Assembly: GCA_964588435.1 (NCBI GenBank)
Contig: CAZPPI010000004.1
Location: forward strand, 12-64,011
From: an uncultured Gammaproteobacteria bacterium
GTDB lineage: Bacteria; Patescibacteriota; Patescibacteriia; Patescibacteriales; UBA12465
Direction: 5' to 3'
DNA length: 64,000 bases
Within the stretch, counting starts at the first letter, position 1; the number at the start of each line of letters is the position of its first letter. This document shows, one piece after another, positions 1 to 8,970 of this stretch. Made by a program: the position numbers and the translations under genes. The notes beneath the pieces were generated by a model, which was not told the origin of the DNA, ran no database searches, and worked only from the letters and a program-made list of their open reading frames with translations.

Positions 1-445
1 GGGCTATCACCGTCTCTGGCAGAGCTTTCCAGCTCATTCAATTAAAAAATATCTTTTTTGACTCCGCCCTGTTGATCTGGCAACAAGCACTAGGCCTTAC
101 AACCCCGAAAAAACATGTGGTTCCAGAACCTTCTGTAATTCATCTAGTAAACTAAACTTATTACTCGGTTATTTCGGTTTAGACTTCTCCCCGTTCGCTC
201 GCCACTACTTAGGGAATCATTATTATTTTATTTTCCTCCAGCTACTAAGATGTTTCAGTTCGCCGGGTGTTCCAGCCGACCTAAAAGGTCTGGCTTCCTT
301 TCTCTTCAAGAAAGGGGGTTTCCCCATTCGGAAATCTGCGGGTCAAAGGTTGCTTGCCACCTAACCGCAGCTTATCGCAGGCTGCTACGTCCTTCATCGT
401 CTTCTTATATCAAGGCATCCGCCATACACTCTTACTGTGATTTTC
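1..445 (-). rRNA. rrl: 23S rRNA, 5' domain only (gene continues past window start)
   Basis: Reverse complement reads GGCGGATGCCTTGAT...GATGAAGGACGT...GATTTCCGAATGGGGAAACC...GAACTGAAACATCT...AGTAGTGGCGAGCGAACGGGGAG...GGGGTTGTAAGG, the conserved order of 23S 5'-domain blocks. The 5' end is estimated about 25 nt upstream of GGCGGATGCC. Confidence 0.9.
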
Positions 446-595
446 TCACGCTTTTATCTTTAAACAATTAAAGCGTTTTTTGATATTTTATTTACAGCTC
501 TTATTTTTTATCCGGACGAAAAATTCGGATTTAATAAGATTAAAATATCACTTATATTTTTCTTTCTGATTATTGATGTCTATTTCTCTAACATT

Positions 596-643
596 AAATT
601 GTTAATGAACTTTAAGGGCGCAAAAAAACCGCTTTAGGCGGTT
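596..643 (-). promoter_or_regulatory. 23S leader element: stem-loop plus U-run followed by a boxA-like sequence
   Basis: On the minus strand: AACCGC-CUAAA-GCGGUU hairpin (643..627), then U7, then GTTCATTAACAATTT (610..596), which resembles E. coli rrn boxA GCTCTTTAACAA. It lies between the promoter at 754..781 and the 23S 5' end. Confidence 0.35.
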
Positions 644-753
644 CCAAAAAAATCAAAAATATTGATAAATTTAGAATCGCTTTTTAATAAGCCGAAAAAC
701 TTTTTTCTGCATACTTTTTATACGGATTTTATACACTCTTAAAACTGATACTT

Positions 754-781
754 ATTATAACGGTTTTAAAAAATATGTCAA
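754..781 (-). promoter_or_regulatory. sigma70-type promoter upstream of 23S rRNA
   Basis: Minus strand TTGACA (781..776), 16-nt spacer, TATAAT (759..754). It lies downstream of the pilT terminator and about 300 nt upstream of the 23S 5' end. Confidence 0.6.
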
Positions 782-793
782 GCCTCTAAATAT

Positions 794-826
794 CAAAAAA
801 AAATAGCCTAAAATAAGCTATTTTTA
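794..826 (-). terminator. rho-independent terminator after pilT
   Basis: AATAGC / GCTATT stem (802..807 and 817..822) with a 9-nt loop, followed on the minus strand by a U-run (plus-strand A-run 794..801). Confidence 0.6.
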
Positions 827-870
827 AATAATAAAAAAATTAAAAAAACCAAAATTAAAAATTTTTATTC

Positions 871-1926
871 CTAACTCAAATTCGTTCTATCTTCCAGATA
901 AAGCTCAGCAACTTCTTTTTCTACTTTACCAGCCTCATAAAGAAGTTTAATGTGGCGATCCATGGTTATCATCCCTAAAGCCGAATTAGTCTCAATCACA
1001 CTTTTAATCTGCTCAATTTTCCCCTCTCTGATTAAATTCGCGACCGCATTATTATTCAATAAAATTTCTCTGGCAGCAACACGTCCGCCTTCACGACTAG
1101 GTAAAAGTCTTTGAGAAATAATAGCAGTTAATATCCCTGATAGCTGAGACCTAACTTGGCCTTGTTGGTGGGGTGGAAAAATATCTATAATACGATCAAT
1201 AGTTTGAATCGCATTATAAGTATGTAAGGTTGCTAAAACTAAATGACCAGTTTCCGCTAAAGTAATGGCAGCAGAGATTGTTTCTAAATCTCTCATTTCT
1301 CCTAACATAATAACGTTCGGATCCTGACGAAGAACATGCTTTAAACCACTCCCAAAACTAGTCATATCAATTCCTAATTGTCTTTGTGAAATAATACTTT
1401 TATCTGGCTTAAAAATAAATTCAATTGGATCCTCGAGGGTAATAATATTAGCACTCCTTGTTTGATTAATATAACTTACCATCGCCGCTAGAGTTGTTGA
1501 CTTTCCACAACCAGTCGGTCCAGTTATTAAAATAAATCCTTGCGGTAAATCTAACAAGTCCTTAACAACTTTTGGCATACCGATTTCATCAAGACTTGGT
1601 TTTTCATCACTAATTACCCGGGCAACAATAACAATGTTATCTTTTTCAAAAGCAAAATTAACTCGAAAACGATTTTCTTCAACTTGATAAGCTAAATCTA
1701 AGTCTTTGTTTTTAAAAAATAATTCTTTTTGCTCTTTAGTTAAAACCTGATTAATAAAAGCATTTAAATCATCCCTGGTTACTTCTCTAGTTGTTGTTTT
1801 TTCAGAAAATTCACTCAATTTTAAAAGCTTACCATCAAGACGAAAAATCGGCTCATAATCAAATTGTAAATGAATATCCGAAGCACCCCCCTCAGCCGCA
1901 AGCTTGAACAATAAATTTATATCCAT
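871..1926 (-). CDS. pilT: type IV pilus retraction ATPase PilT
   Basis: 351 aa. Walker A GPTGCGKSTT, PilT-type N-terminus (ASDIHLQ) and AIRLAETGHLVLATLHT-like block. Typical PilT length. Confidence 0.9.
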   Translation of the reverse strand: MDINLLFKLAAEGGASDIHLQFDYEPIFRLDGKLLKLSEFSEKTTTREVTRDDLNAFINQVLTKEQKELFFKNKDLDLAYQVEENRFRVNFAFEKDNIVIVARVISDEKPSLDEIGMPKVVKDLLDLPQGFILITGPTGCGKSTTLAAMVSYINQTRSANIITLEDPIEFIFKPDKSIISQRQLGIDMTSFGSGLKHVLRQDPNVIMLGEMRDLETISAAITLAETGHLVLATLHTYNAIQTIDRIIDIFPPHQQGQVRSQLSGILTAIISQRLLPSREGGRVAAREILLNNNAVANLIREGKIEQIKSVIETNSALGMITMDRHIKLLYEAGKVEKEVAELYLEDRTNLS

Positions 1927-1958
1927 ATAAATATAATCAAGTTATTTAAATTATTAGC

Positions 1959-2699
1959 TTAGAACCAATTTAATTTTTTAATTCCAGCAGCCGCTGCCTG
2001 AACTTGAGCCTCTTGTTTGGAAGAGCCCTGTCCTTCACAAACCAACTCTTCACCAAGGTATAAACCGACTGTAAAAATTTTATCATGATCTGGACCCTCT
2101 TCTTTTAAAATTTCGTAATGCGGCGTAATAGCTCTTGTTTCTTGGGCCTTTTCTTGAAAATAAGATTTAGGGTCTAAAAAAGTTTGATTAGTCAAAATTT
2201 TATCAAGTTGAGAAATAATATTTTCTACAATAAATTTTTTAGCTGCCTCCATTCCTTGGTCCAAATAAACAGCGCCAATTATCGCCTCAACCGCATCCGC
2301 TAAAATAAATTGTCGTGATTTTTTATTTTTATCTCTCGCCTCGCCTTTTGATAAATATAAAAATTCTTCAATCCCTAAAGCAGGAGTTATTTCGTAAAGC
2401 ATTTTTGAATTAACCAAAGAGGCGCGCCAACTTGTCAGGTCGCCCTCGGGCCTATCAGTAAATTTTAAGTATAAAAACTCCGTAACAACTAATTCTAAAA
2501 CGGCGTCACCTAAGAATTCTAAACGCTCGTTATGACCAGTTTCAAAACTCGGATTTTCATTCAAATAAGATCGGTGGACAAGAGCTTGTTTTAATAAATT
2601 TTCATCTTTAAACTTAAAACCAAGTTTTTTTTGTAAATCTTTTAAGTTCTTATTTTTTCCCATATATGTTTGATAAAGAAAGCGTCTAAAAAGCGCCAA
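1959..2699 (-). CDS. rnc: ribonuclease III
   Basis: RNase III signature ERLEFLGDAVLELVV plus a C-terminal dsRBD (GPDHDKIFTV...GSSKQEAQVQAA). The true start may be the internal Met at 2663 (MGKNKNLKDL). Confidence 0.9.
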   Translation of the reverse strand: MALFRRFLYQTYMGKNKNLKDLQKKLGFKFKDENLLKQALVHRSYLNENPSFETGHNERLEFLGDAVLELVVTEFLYLKFTDRPEGDLTSWRASLVNSKMLYEITPALGIEEFLYLSKGEARDKNKKSRQFILADAVEAIIGAVYLDQGMEAAKKFIVENIISQLDKILTNQTFLDPKSYFQEKAQETRAITPHYEILKEEGPDHDKIFTVGLYLGEELVCEGQGSSKQEAQVQAAAAGIKKLNWF

Positions 2700-2717
2700 C
2701 TTTTATCTGCAATTTTA

Positions 2718-3227
2718 TTACTCAATTTCTTCCTTTTTTTCTTCCTCTTCTGTTTTTTCCACCCTCAATTCCTCAACTTTTTTATCAAATTCTTCTTTAT
2801 TATCTCGTTCTTGAATTTCTGGTTTCTCAGCATAAAGTGCGCCTAAAACACCATTAACAAATTTACCAGAAGCATTACCACCAAAACTTTTAGCAACTTC
2901 AATAGCTTCATTTATAACAACTCGTGGCGGAGTAGGACTAAATAGTAGCTCATAAATACCAAGGCGCAAAATATTTCTATCAATTCCATTTATCTGATCA
3001 AGTGGCCATTCGGTTGCGTGTTTAACAATATAAGGATCGATTTCTTCAATGTGATCGCGAACACCAAAAACTAAATCACGAACAAAACCACCGTCATCAA
3101 AATTCGGTGCAAAATTGGAAAAATTATCAGAAATTATTTTATCAATGTCACCGTCCTTCTTGCCATTAAAATCCCAGGCGAACAAGGTTTGCAAAGCAAT
3201 CGTTCTTGATAGATGGCGATTTGACAT
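2718..3227 (-). CDS. nusB: transcription antitermination factor NusB, with a Glu/Lys-rich C-terminal tail
   Basis: N-terminal SRTIALQTLFAWDF and INEAIEVAKSFG blocks typical of NusB. 169 aa. Confidence 0.85.
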   Translation of the reverse strand: MSNRHLSRTIALQTLFAWDFNGKKDGDIDKIISDNFSNFAPNFDDGGFVRDLVFGVRDHIEEIDPYIVKHATEWPLDQINGIDRNILRLGIYELLFSPTPPRVVINEAIEVAKSFGGNASGKFVNGVLGALYAEKPEIQERDNKEEFDKKVEELRVEKTEEEEKKEEIE

Positions 3228-3233
3228 AGATAT

Positions 3234-3437
3234 TTATTTTTTAATTTTCTTAATAGTTTTTTTATCCACCACTAGAACTTCACGACCGTTATAGGTTCCA
3301 CAAAATTCACAGGCAGTATGAGGAAGAACAGCTTTAGCACATTTAGGACATTTGTTTAAAGTTTTCGACTTTAAAGCTAAATGAGCTCTCCCTTTATGGG
3401 TTTTACTATGAGTCTTCTGCTTTTTTGGATTTGCCAT
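3234..3437 (-). CDS. rpmF: 50S ribosomal protein L32
   Basis: MANPKKQKTHSKTHKGRAH start and a CPKC...CEFCG zinc ribbon. 67 aa. Confidence 0.9.
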   Translation of the reverse strand: MANPKKQKTHSKTHKGRAHLALKSKTLNKCPKCAKAVLPHTACEFCGTYNGREVLVVDKKTIKKIKK

Positions 3438-3497
3438 ATTATTATATTATTTTATATTTTTAGTATATCGGAATACTAGCTTTAGTCAATAAGAGAA

Positions 3498-5324
3498 CTA
3501 AACTTTTGGTTTAGCCCCAACCAAGAGTTCAAATTCATTTTTCTCAATTGTTTCTTTTTCGAGTAAAGCAGCTGTTACTTTTTCAAGAGCGTCTTTTTGA
3601 GAAACAATAATTTCTTTAGCCATCTCGCCACCTTTTTTAATTAACTCAGAAATTTCTTCATCAATTCTTTCAGCAACTTTTTCACTATAGTCTCTTTGTT
3701 CGTGAATTTCACGACCTAAAAAAATCATTTCTTCTTTGGCGCCATAAGTTCGGGGTCCAAGATTTTCGCTCATACCATAGTCCGTAATAAGCTGTCTTGC
3801 TAAAGAAGTTGCCCTTCTTAAATCAGAAGTTGCCCCTGTTGTTACTTCACCAAAAATTTCTTTTTCAACCATATGACCCGCTAAAAGAACGGCTATTTCT
3901 GCTAAAAATTCTGAACGCGTGTGCATATGTCTATCTTCAGAAGGAACCTTCAAAGTATATCCTCCGGCTGAACCACGAGCAATAATAGAAATTTTATGAA
4001 CAGGATCGGCACCAGGAATAAAATGAGAAACAATTGCATGTCCAGCTTCGTGATAAGCAGTAATCTTTTTTTCTTTATCAGTTATTACCCGACTTTTTCG
4101 TTCCGGGCCAATCATAACTTTTTCAATCGCTTCAAATAAATCTTCATTAACAATTTCTTTCTTATTATTGCTTGCCGCTAAAATCGCCCCCTCATTTAAA
4201 ATATTAGCTAAGTCCGCTCCGGAAAAACCAGCACTTCTTTCGGCAATTATTCGCAAATCTGTTCCAGGGGCTAAAGGTTTTTTGCGACTATGAACTTTTA
4301 GAATTGCCTCACGATCATTTATATCCGGTAAATCAATCATAACTCGACGATCAAATCTTCCTGGTCGAAGAAGGGCGGGATCTAAAACGTCGGGACGATT
4401 AGTGGCGGCAATAACAATAACATTTTGAGTTGCTTCAAAGCCGTCCATCTCAACTAAAATTTGATTTAAAGTTTGTTCTCTTTCATCGTGACTTCCGCCT
4501 AAACCAGAACCACGACGACGACCAACAGCGTCGATTTCATCAATAAAAATTATACAAGGCGCTGCTTTTTTTGCTTTTTCGAACAAAGATCTAACTCTTG
4601 AAGCACCAACGCCGACAAACATTTCAACGAATTCTGAACCGGACATATGGAAAAAAGGCACATCCGCTTCACCAGCAACCGAACGAGCTAATAAAGTTTT
4701 TCCTGTTCCCGGAGCACCTAAAAGTAAAACGCCGCGAGGAATTTTTGCCCCTAAAGCATGATATTTTTTAGGATATTTTAAGAAGTCTACAATTTCCGTT
4801 AATTCTTCTTTAGCTTCCTTAGCTCCAGCCACATCTTTAAAAGTCGGCTTTTCTTTTCCCTCAACCTTAAAGCTCTTAGCAGCCGATTGTCCAAAACTCA
4901 TCGCCTTTGAATTTGCGCCCTGAAGACCACGCATCATAAAAATGATAAAAAAACCAATAATAATAATTGGTAAAATTATCGGCAACATTGCTTTAAACCA
5001 ATAATTAAAACCGCTTTCTTCAACTACTGAAATTTTTATATTTTCTAACTTCTCAGGATTAATAGAGAAATCACTAACTAAAGAAGCAAAAGAATCATTC
5101 ACCTCTTTCTGAGCCTTTAAAATTTTTTCATCATTTAATATAACCTCAATATTATTTCCAGAAACTTTTACTTCTCTAACCTCCTCAGCGTTTATTTTAT
5201 TAATCACCATTTCTAAACCAACAACTTCTTTTTTAACTCTAGATTCGCTAAAAGCACTAAATAAAGCCGCAATCACAAAAAAAGCTAAAGTTAGAAGCAG
5301 AAAATTTCTTAGTAAATTCTTCAT
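3498..5324 (-). CDS. ftsH: ATP-dependent zinc metalloprotease FtsH
   Basis: Two N-terminal TM segments, AAA+ Walker [12 protein letters not shown], Walker [12 protein letters not shown], and zinc motif HEAGHA. Confidence 0.97.
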   Translation of the reverse strand: MKNLLRNFLLLTLAFFVIAALFSAFSESRVKKEVVGLEMVINKINAEEVREVKVSGNNIEVILNDEKILKAQKEVNDSFASLVSDFSINPEKLENIKISVVEESGFNYWFKAMLPIILPIIIIGFFIIFMMRGLQGANSKAMSFGQSAAKSFKVEGKEKPTFKDVAGAKEAKEELTEIVDFLKYPKKYHALGAKIPRGVLLLGAPGTGKTLLARSVAGEADVPFFHMSGSEFVEMFVGVGASRVRSLFEKAKKAAPCIIFIDEIDAVGRRRGSGLGGSHDEREQTLNQILVEMDGFEATQNVIVIAATNRPDVLDPALLRPGRFDRRVMIDLPDINDREAILKVHSRKKPLAPGTDLRIIAERSAGFSGADLANILNEGAILAASNNKKEIVNEDLFEAIEKVMIGPERKSRVITDKEKKITAYHEAGHAIVSHFIPGADPVHKISIIARGSAGGYTLKVPSEDRHMHTRSEFLAEIAVLLAGHMVEKEIFGEVTTGATSDLRRATSLARQLITDYGMSENLGPRTYGAKEEMIFLGREIHEQRDYSEKVAERIDEEISELIKKGGEMAKEIIVSQKDALEKVTAALLEKETIEKNEFELLVGAKPKV

Positions 5325-5359
5325 ATATTTAAAATTCTAATATTTTTTATCTCTATAAT

Positions 5360-5388
5360 AGTATAAGCTTAAAATCAGCTTTTGACAA
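5360..5388 (-). promoter_or_regulatory. putative ftsH promoter
   Basis: Minus strand TTGTCA (5388..5383), N17, TATACT (5365..5360), about 35 nt upstream of the ftsH ATG. Confidence 0.5.
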
Positions 5389-5418
5389 TTAAAAATAAAG
5401 CACCCCGAAGGACGCTTT
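5389..5418 (-). terminator. rho-independent terminator after the S1 gene
   Basis: Minus strand AAAGCGUCC-UUCG-GGGUGCUUU (9-bp stem with G-U pairs, UUCG tetraloop) followed by AUUUUU. Confidence 0.7.
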
Positions 5419-5439
5419 ATTTTTTAAAATAAATTTTAT

Positions 5440-6660
5440 TTATTTGGTGCTAGCTTCTGTTTTCTTCTTTTTTGCTTCCTTTTTTTCTTTTACTTCAACC
5501 CCCTCCTCTTCTTTAACATCATCCTCTTTTTTAGAAGTTTTCTTAACGGTTTTAGCGACAGCTTTTTTATCCTCAGCAAACTTTAAACCTAAACGATGTT
5601 CTGATGGAGAAATACTAACGATTTCAAAATCAATCACATCATCAGCTTTATATAGTTCGGCAATTTTTTCCTTACCTTCCATTTCTAATTGACTAATATG
5701 AGCAAGGCCATGAATTTCTTCATCAAGTTTAACAAATAATCCAAAAGGGTTAACTTTTAAAACCGTGCCAGGAACAACTTGACCAACTTTATATTTAGCA
5801 CTAGCTTCAAGCCAAGGATCTTTCATTAATTTCTTAGCACTTAAGAAAACTTTAGCGCCATCAATTGAAATAATTTCTGCCTTAATCTTATCACCAACAT
5901 TATGTAATTCATTTGGTGAATCAATTCTTTGCCAAGCAAGCTCGGAAATATGAATTAAACCTTCAATGCTATCGTCGCCGAAAGAAACGAAAACGCCGAA
6001 ATTAGTAATAGCAGTTACCGTTCCTTCAACTTCCATGCCGATTTGATATTTATCAAGGGCTGGTTTTTGTTTTTTATTCCAAGCATCTTTTTCCGAGAAA
6101 ATAACTTTCTCTTCTTCCTCACTTAGATTAATAACACTAACTTCAAATTCAGTCCCGATAAATGATTTTAATTTATCTAAAATTTTACTCTTATCGCCAC
6201 CGGAAATTCTTGGATAATTTTCTGGAGCTAATTGTGAAACCGGTAAGAAACCGTCAATCTGGCAATAACGACTAATAAGTCCACCTTTATTGGCGTCAGT
6301 AATTTTAACTTTAATAGTTTCTTTATTTGCTTGAGCAGCGCGTAATTTCTTCCAGGCTTTTTCTTGACCAACTGAACGAAAAGATAATTCAAGCTCACCT
6401 CTTTCGTTTTCAGTATCAATAACAGCGGCTTCAATTTCATCACCAGGTTTCAAGCTTGAAAATTCTTCAACCTCATTATAAAGCTCTGGACCACGAACGA
6501 TGCCCATTAAAATTCCGTTGATATCAAGTTTAACTTCTGACTTTGAAGCAGAAACAACTCTACCCTTAATAATTTCTCCAACTTGAGGAATAACAATAGC
6601 ATCGCCTTCTATTAATTTAGCGAACTCTAAGTCCTCTTGATTTGTATTTTTTTCTTCCAT
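5440..6660 (-). CDS. rpsA: 30S ribosomal protein S1-like protein (four S1 domains, Lys/Glu-rich tail)
   Basis: Repeated S1 OB-fold blocks (G.V....GV.V....IEGLIHISEL..; GTVLKVNPFGLFVKL...HGLAHISQL). 406 aa. Confidence 0.85.
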   Translation of the reverse strand: MEEKNTNQEDLEFAKLIEGDAIVIPQVGEIIKGRVVSASKSEVKLDINGILMGIVRGPELYNEVEEFSSLKPGDEIEAAVIDTENERGELELSFRSVGQEKAWKKLRAAQANKETIKVKITDANKGGLISRYCQIDGFLPVSQLAPENYPRISGGDKSKILDKLKSFIGTEFEVSVINLSEEEEKVIFSEKDAWNKKQKPALDKYQIGMEVEGTVTAITNFGVFVSFGDDSIEGLIHISELAWQRIDSPNELHNVGDKIKAEIISIDGAKVFLSAKKLMKDPWLEASAKYKVGQVVPGTVLKVNPFGLFVKLDEEIHGLAHISQLEMEGKEKIAELYKADDVIDFEIVSISPSEHRLGLKFAEDKKAVAKTVKKTSKKEDDVKEEEGVEVKEKKEAKKKKTEASTK

Positions 6661-6682
6661 ATATTTAAACTGGTTTTTATAT

Positions 6683-6719
6683 AAAAAAACCGAGCTTAAC
6701 CCCGCTATACGCGAAGCTC
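6683..6719 (-). terminator. terminator-like hairpin inside the rpsA 5' leader (possible attenuator)
   Basis: Minus strand GAGCUUCGC-GUAUA-GCGGGGUUAAGCUC, then GG plus U7, ending about 22 nt before the rpsA ATG and about 100 nt after the promoter at 6794..6822. Confidence 0.45.
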
Positions 6720-6793
6720 TTTGGCCGCCTCCGAGTTTAAAACTCTTCTTTCTCCAAAGATTTTCTTATAGGCTTTTATTTAATTGCGACTTT

Positions 6794-6822
6794 ATTTTAG
6801 AGTTAAAACTATTTTTTGTCAA
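6794..6822 (-). promoter_or_regulatory. sigma70-type promoter of rpsA
   Basis: Minus strand TTGACA (6822..6817), N17, TAAAAT (6799..6794). Confidence 0.65.
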
Positions 6823-6879
6823 GAATAGGAAATTATTCTTTCCTATGTATTCCAGGTCTCAAATCGAAAAGACATTTCT

Positions 6880-7329
6880 TCAATTTAATAGTAATTTTTC
6901 CGCCAAACTACTTATCAGCTCCGCTTTTTTGTTATTATCTAAAATATTATCTTTATCATAACTTTTAACTAAACCAACTATTTCCTCATAATCTTTAGAT
7001 CCTTTCATCATTATCTCATTGAATAGAATTTCTAAATATTTATTTTCTAAATTAGGCTCAGAACGTAAATTACCACCAAAATCTTGGGCAATCCTAACTA
7101 GAGCATTTTTCATTAAGGCGTCTTCAATCAAAATCTGATGAGTTGAAGATTTAGATAAATTATGTTTTTCTATTATTTCATCGGTTATTTTTTTCAACTT
7201 AGCATTTACTCGAGCCGTATCAATTGTGTAACTAGCGTCGATTTCGTGAATACTATTAACAATTGCATTAGATTTAGCAGCGCAAGATTTTTCCCAATTT
7301 TCAGTCGGGACCTGTTCAAATTTGTTCAT
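6880..7329 (-). CDS. hypothetical protein (149 aa, no recognisable motif)
   Basis: Clean ORF with its own extended -10 (TGATATAAT) in the upstream gap and an AGGAAA/TTTCCT hairpin after the stop. I recognise no family. Confidence 0.6.
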   Translation of the reverse strand: MNKFEQVPTENWEKSCAAKSNAIVNSIHEIDASYTIDTARVNAKLKKITDEIIEKHNLSKSSTHQILIEDALMKNALVRIAQDFGGNLRSEPNLENKYLEILFNEIMMKGSKDYEEIVGLVKSYDKDNILDNNKKAELISSLAEKLLLN

Positions 7330-7435
7330 ATAAATATGTTAGTAAAATAATTTATTGAAAAAATATTTAAAACCATATAAATAATTATATCATTATTGGG
7401 ACCTTTTCTGCAAAAAAACTCCTTTTGCAGTTTGA

Positions 7436-8008
7436 TTATAAATTTAAAAAACCCACTAATTTGTTGAGTTTTTTATTATTAATTTTATTTAAATATTTCT
7501 TAATCTTTTGCTTATCCAATAAAGTTAAATTCATGGATTCCGGATCAAAACAGCTATAGCCATTTAAAGAGAGGTAGGCTAAATCCAAAAAAGCTTTTTC
7601 CGGTTCCGCTAATAAAAAATTTTGGACTTTTTTATATCCCCAAAACAAATTTGAATTAATATGCCGATAAACCAATAATTGATTATGAATATTAAATTCT
7701 TTCCCTCTTTTAATAGTGACTAAAGTAAGCCCTGAAGCCTGTTGGCTCAAAACATTATAATAATTAAGAGCTGATTCCAAAGAAATGTAACTAGGCGCAT
7801 AAATATTAATAGCAAGATTTTCCCAAGAAATATCATTAATATCCTTAGTGTATAATCCTTTGCCGAGTTTAGCCATTTCTCCGGCTTTTATTGCTCGACT
7901 AACGGTTACTCTCAAACTTTCTTTATTGTCACCAATAATCTTCTGTAAATCCAGAAAAGAAAAATATACTTTAGGGATATTATTTATTTTTTTTAATAAT
8001 TTGCTCAT
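7436..8008 (-). CDS. AbiEi-like putative antitoxin / transcriptional regulator (wHTH)
   Basis: 190 aa. The N-terminus (FSFLDLQKI...LRVTVSRAIKAGEMAKLGKGLY) resembles the AbiEi wHTH ending in the RGxY-like motif. Its size and pairing with the AbiEii-like gene fit the family. Confidence 0.5.
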   Translation of the reverse strand: MSKLLKKINNIPKVYFSFLDLQKIIGDNKESLRVTVSRAIKAGEMAKLGKGLYTKDINDISWENLAINIYAPSYISLESALNYYNVLSQQASGLTLVTIKRGKEFNIHNQLLVYRHINSNLFWGYKKVQNFLLAEPEKAFLDLAYLSLNGYSCFDPESMNLTLLDKQKIKKYLNKINNKKLNKLVGFLNL

Positions 8009-8672
8009 ATAATTGTATCATTATGGGATAATATTTCGGCGGCAAAAACACCTGTAATTCATTCCTAAACTCTCGCTCCTTAAATTTTGGCGTTAGGGGC
8101 GGCAATGTAAAATTAATTCTTAGGGATTGCGATATATACCATAAATCAAAAATATCTCTGGCTTTTTTTCTATCGGCAATAGCCGCCTCTTTTAATCTTT
8201 TTAATTCTTCAAGCGTAGCTGTTAAAAGCAGGGGGGATAAAACGCTAATGGGGCTTTTAATCAGATTCAATTTGGTTACCAAATTTATCTTTTGGCCGGG
8301 TTTATAAATTTCTATCTTTAAAGAAAAGGGGTGTTTTAAATTTTTATCTCTTATTTTAAATAAAGCAAAAATAGTTTTTCTTTTATTTTTTAAATCACTT
8401 AATATCCAGTCCTGCCGCTCAGCTAAGCCTTTGATAAATTTACTAAATTTATTAAAATCAATTTTTTTTAATTCAATTAAATCTATATCTTCCGAAAATC
8501 GCGGTGAATTATAAACCAGACGTAAAGCCGTTCCACCATAAAAAGCGACTTTGGTGCTTAATTCATTTTCGGCTAATTCGTTCAAAAAAATCATCTCTAC
8601 TTCCTCGCGAACAATCTTGTCTTCGGAAATCTTTAATTCTTTTTTGAATTGCCTTAGTTGATCTAAATTCAT
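7980..8672 (-). CDS. abiEii: nucleotidyltransferase of the AbiEii/AbiGii (DUF1814) toxin family
   Basis: Pol-beta-type NTase motif FYGGTALRLVYNSPRFSEDIDL. 230 aa. Overlaps the next ORF by 29 nt. Confidence 0.7.
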   Translation of the reverse strand: MNLDQLRQFKKELKISEDKIVREEVEMIFLNELAENELSTKVAFYGGTALRLVYNSPRFSEDIDLIELKKIDFNKFSKFIKGLAERQDWILSDLKNKRKTIFALFKIRDKNLKHPFSLKIEIYKPGQKINLVTKLNLIKSPISVLSPLLLTATLEELKRLKEAAIADRKKARDIFDLWYISQSLRINFTLPPLTPKFKEREFRNELQVFLPPKYYPIMIQLYEQIIKKNK

Positions 8673-8753
8673 AGATGTATAATAATTAACATTTTTGTTA
8701 ATTATAGTGTATCATTAAAAATAGATAATAGCAAGGGTCTGGCATTTTCAAAA

Positions 8754-8777
8754 CAAAAAACAGCTCTTTCGGGCTGT
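8754..8777 (-). terminator. terminator after the tmRNA/tRNA-Leu/tRNA-Gly cluster
   Basis: Minus strand ACAGC-CCGAAAGA-GCUGU followed by U6. Confidence 0.6.
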
Positions 8778-8789
8778 CTTTGTAACTTG

Positions 8790-8861
8790 AGCGGGTAACG
8801 AGAATCGAACTCGTCTATCGTGCTTGGCAAGCACGTGTAATAACCACTATACTATACCCGC
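8790..8861 (-). tRNA. tRNA-Gly (anticodon GCC)
   Basis: Hand-folded cloverleaf: acceptor GCGGGTA/TACCCGC, anticodon arm CGTGC-TTGCCAA-GCACG, T arm ACGAG-TTCGATT-CTCGT. CCA not encoded. Confidence 0.9.
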
Positions 8862-8870
8862 AAATATACG

Positions 8871-8954
8871 TGCCGCGGGCGGGAATCGAACCCGCACTGT
8901 GTCGCCACAACTGGATTTTAAGTCCAGCGCGTCTACCAGTTCCGCCACCGCGGC
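8871..8954 (-). tRNA. tRNA-Leu (anticodon UAA), class II with long variable arm
   Basis: Acceptor GCCGCGG/CCGCGGC, anticodon arm CTGGA-CTTAAAA-TCCAG, long variable arm, T arm GCGGG-TTCGATT-CCCGC. Confidence 0.9.
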
Positions 8955-8970
8955 TTAATCTAAAACTCTG

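Noticed and set aside
250-471. 73-aa ORF on the plus strand at the start of the window
   Set aside because: It lies entirely inside the 23S rRNA 5' domain on the opposite strand. It is a spurious ORF in rRNA sequence.
622-750. 5S rRNA or other known ncRNA in the ~120-nt promoter-to-hairpin segment upstream of 23S
   Set aside because: The sequence has none of the conserved 5S helices or loop motifs, and I recognise no Rfam family. It is treated as a leader (boxB/boxA-like) with an sRNA as the alternative.
6700-8790. tRNA-Gly-adjacent islet as an integrated mobile element
   Set aside because: There is no integrase and no direct repeat of the tRNA-Gly 3' end at the distal border that I could find. 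I kept it only as an accessory islet in the AbiE-like finding.
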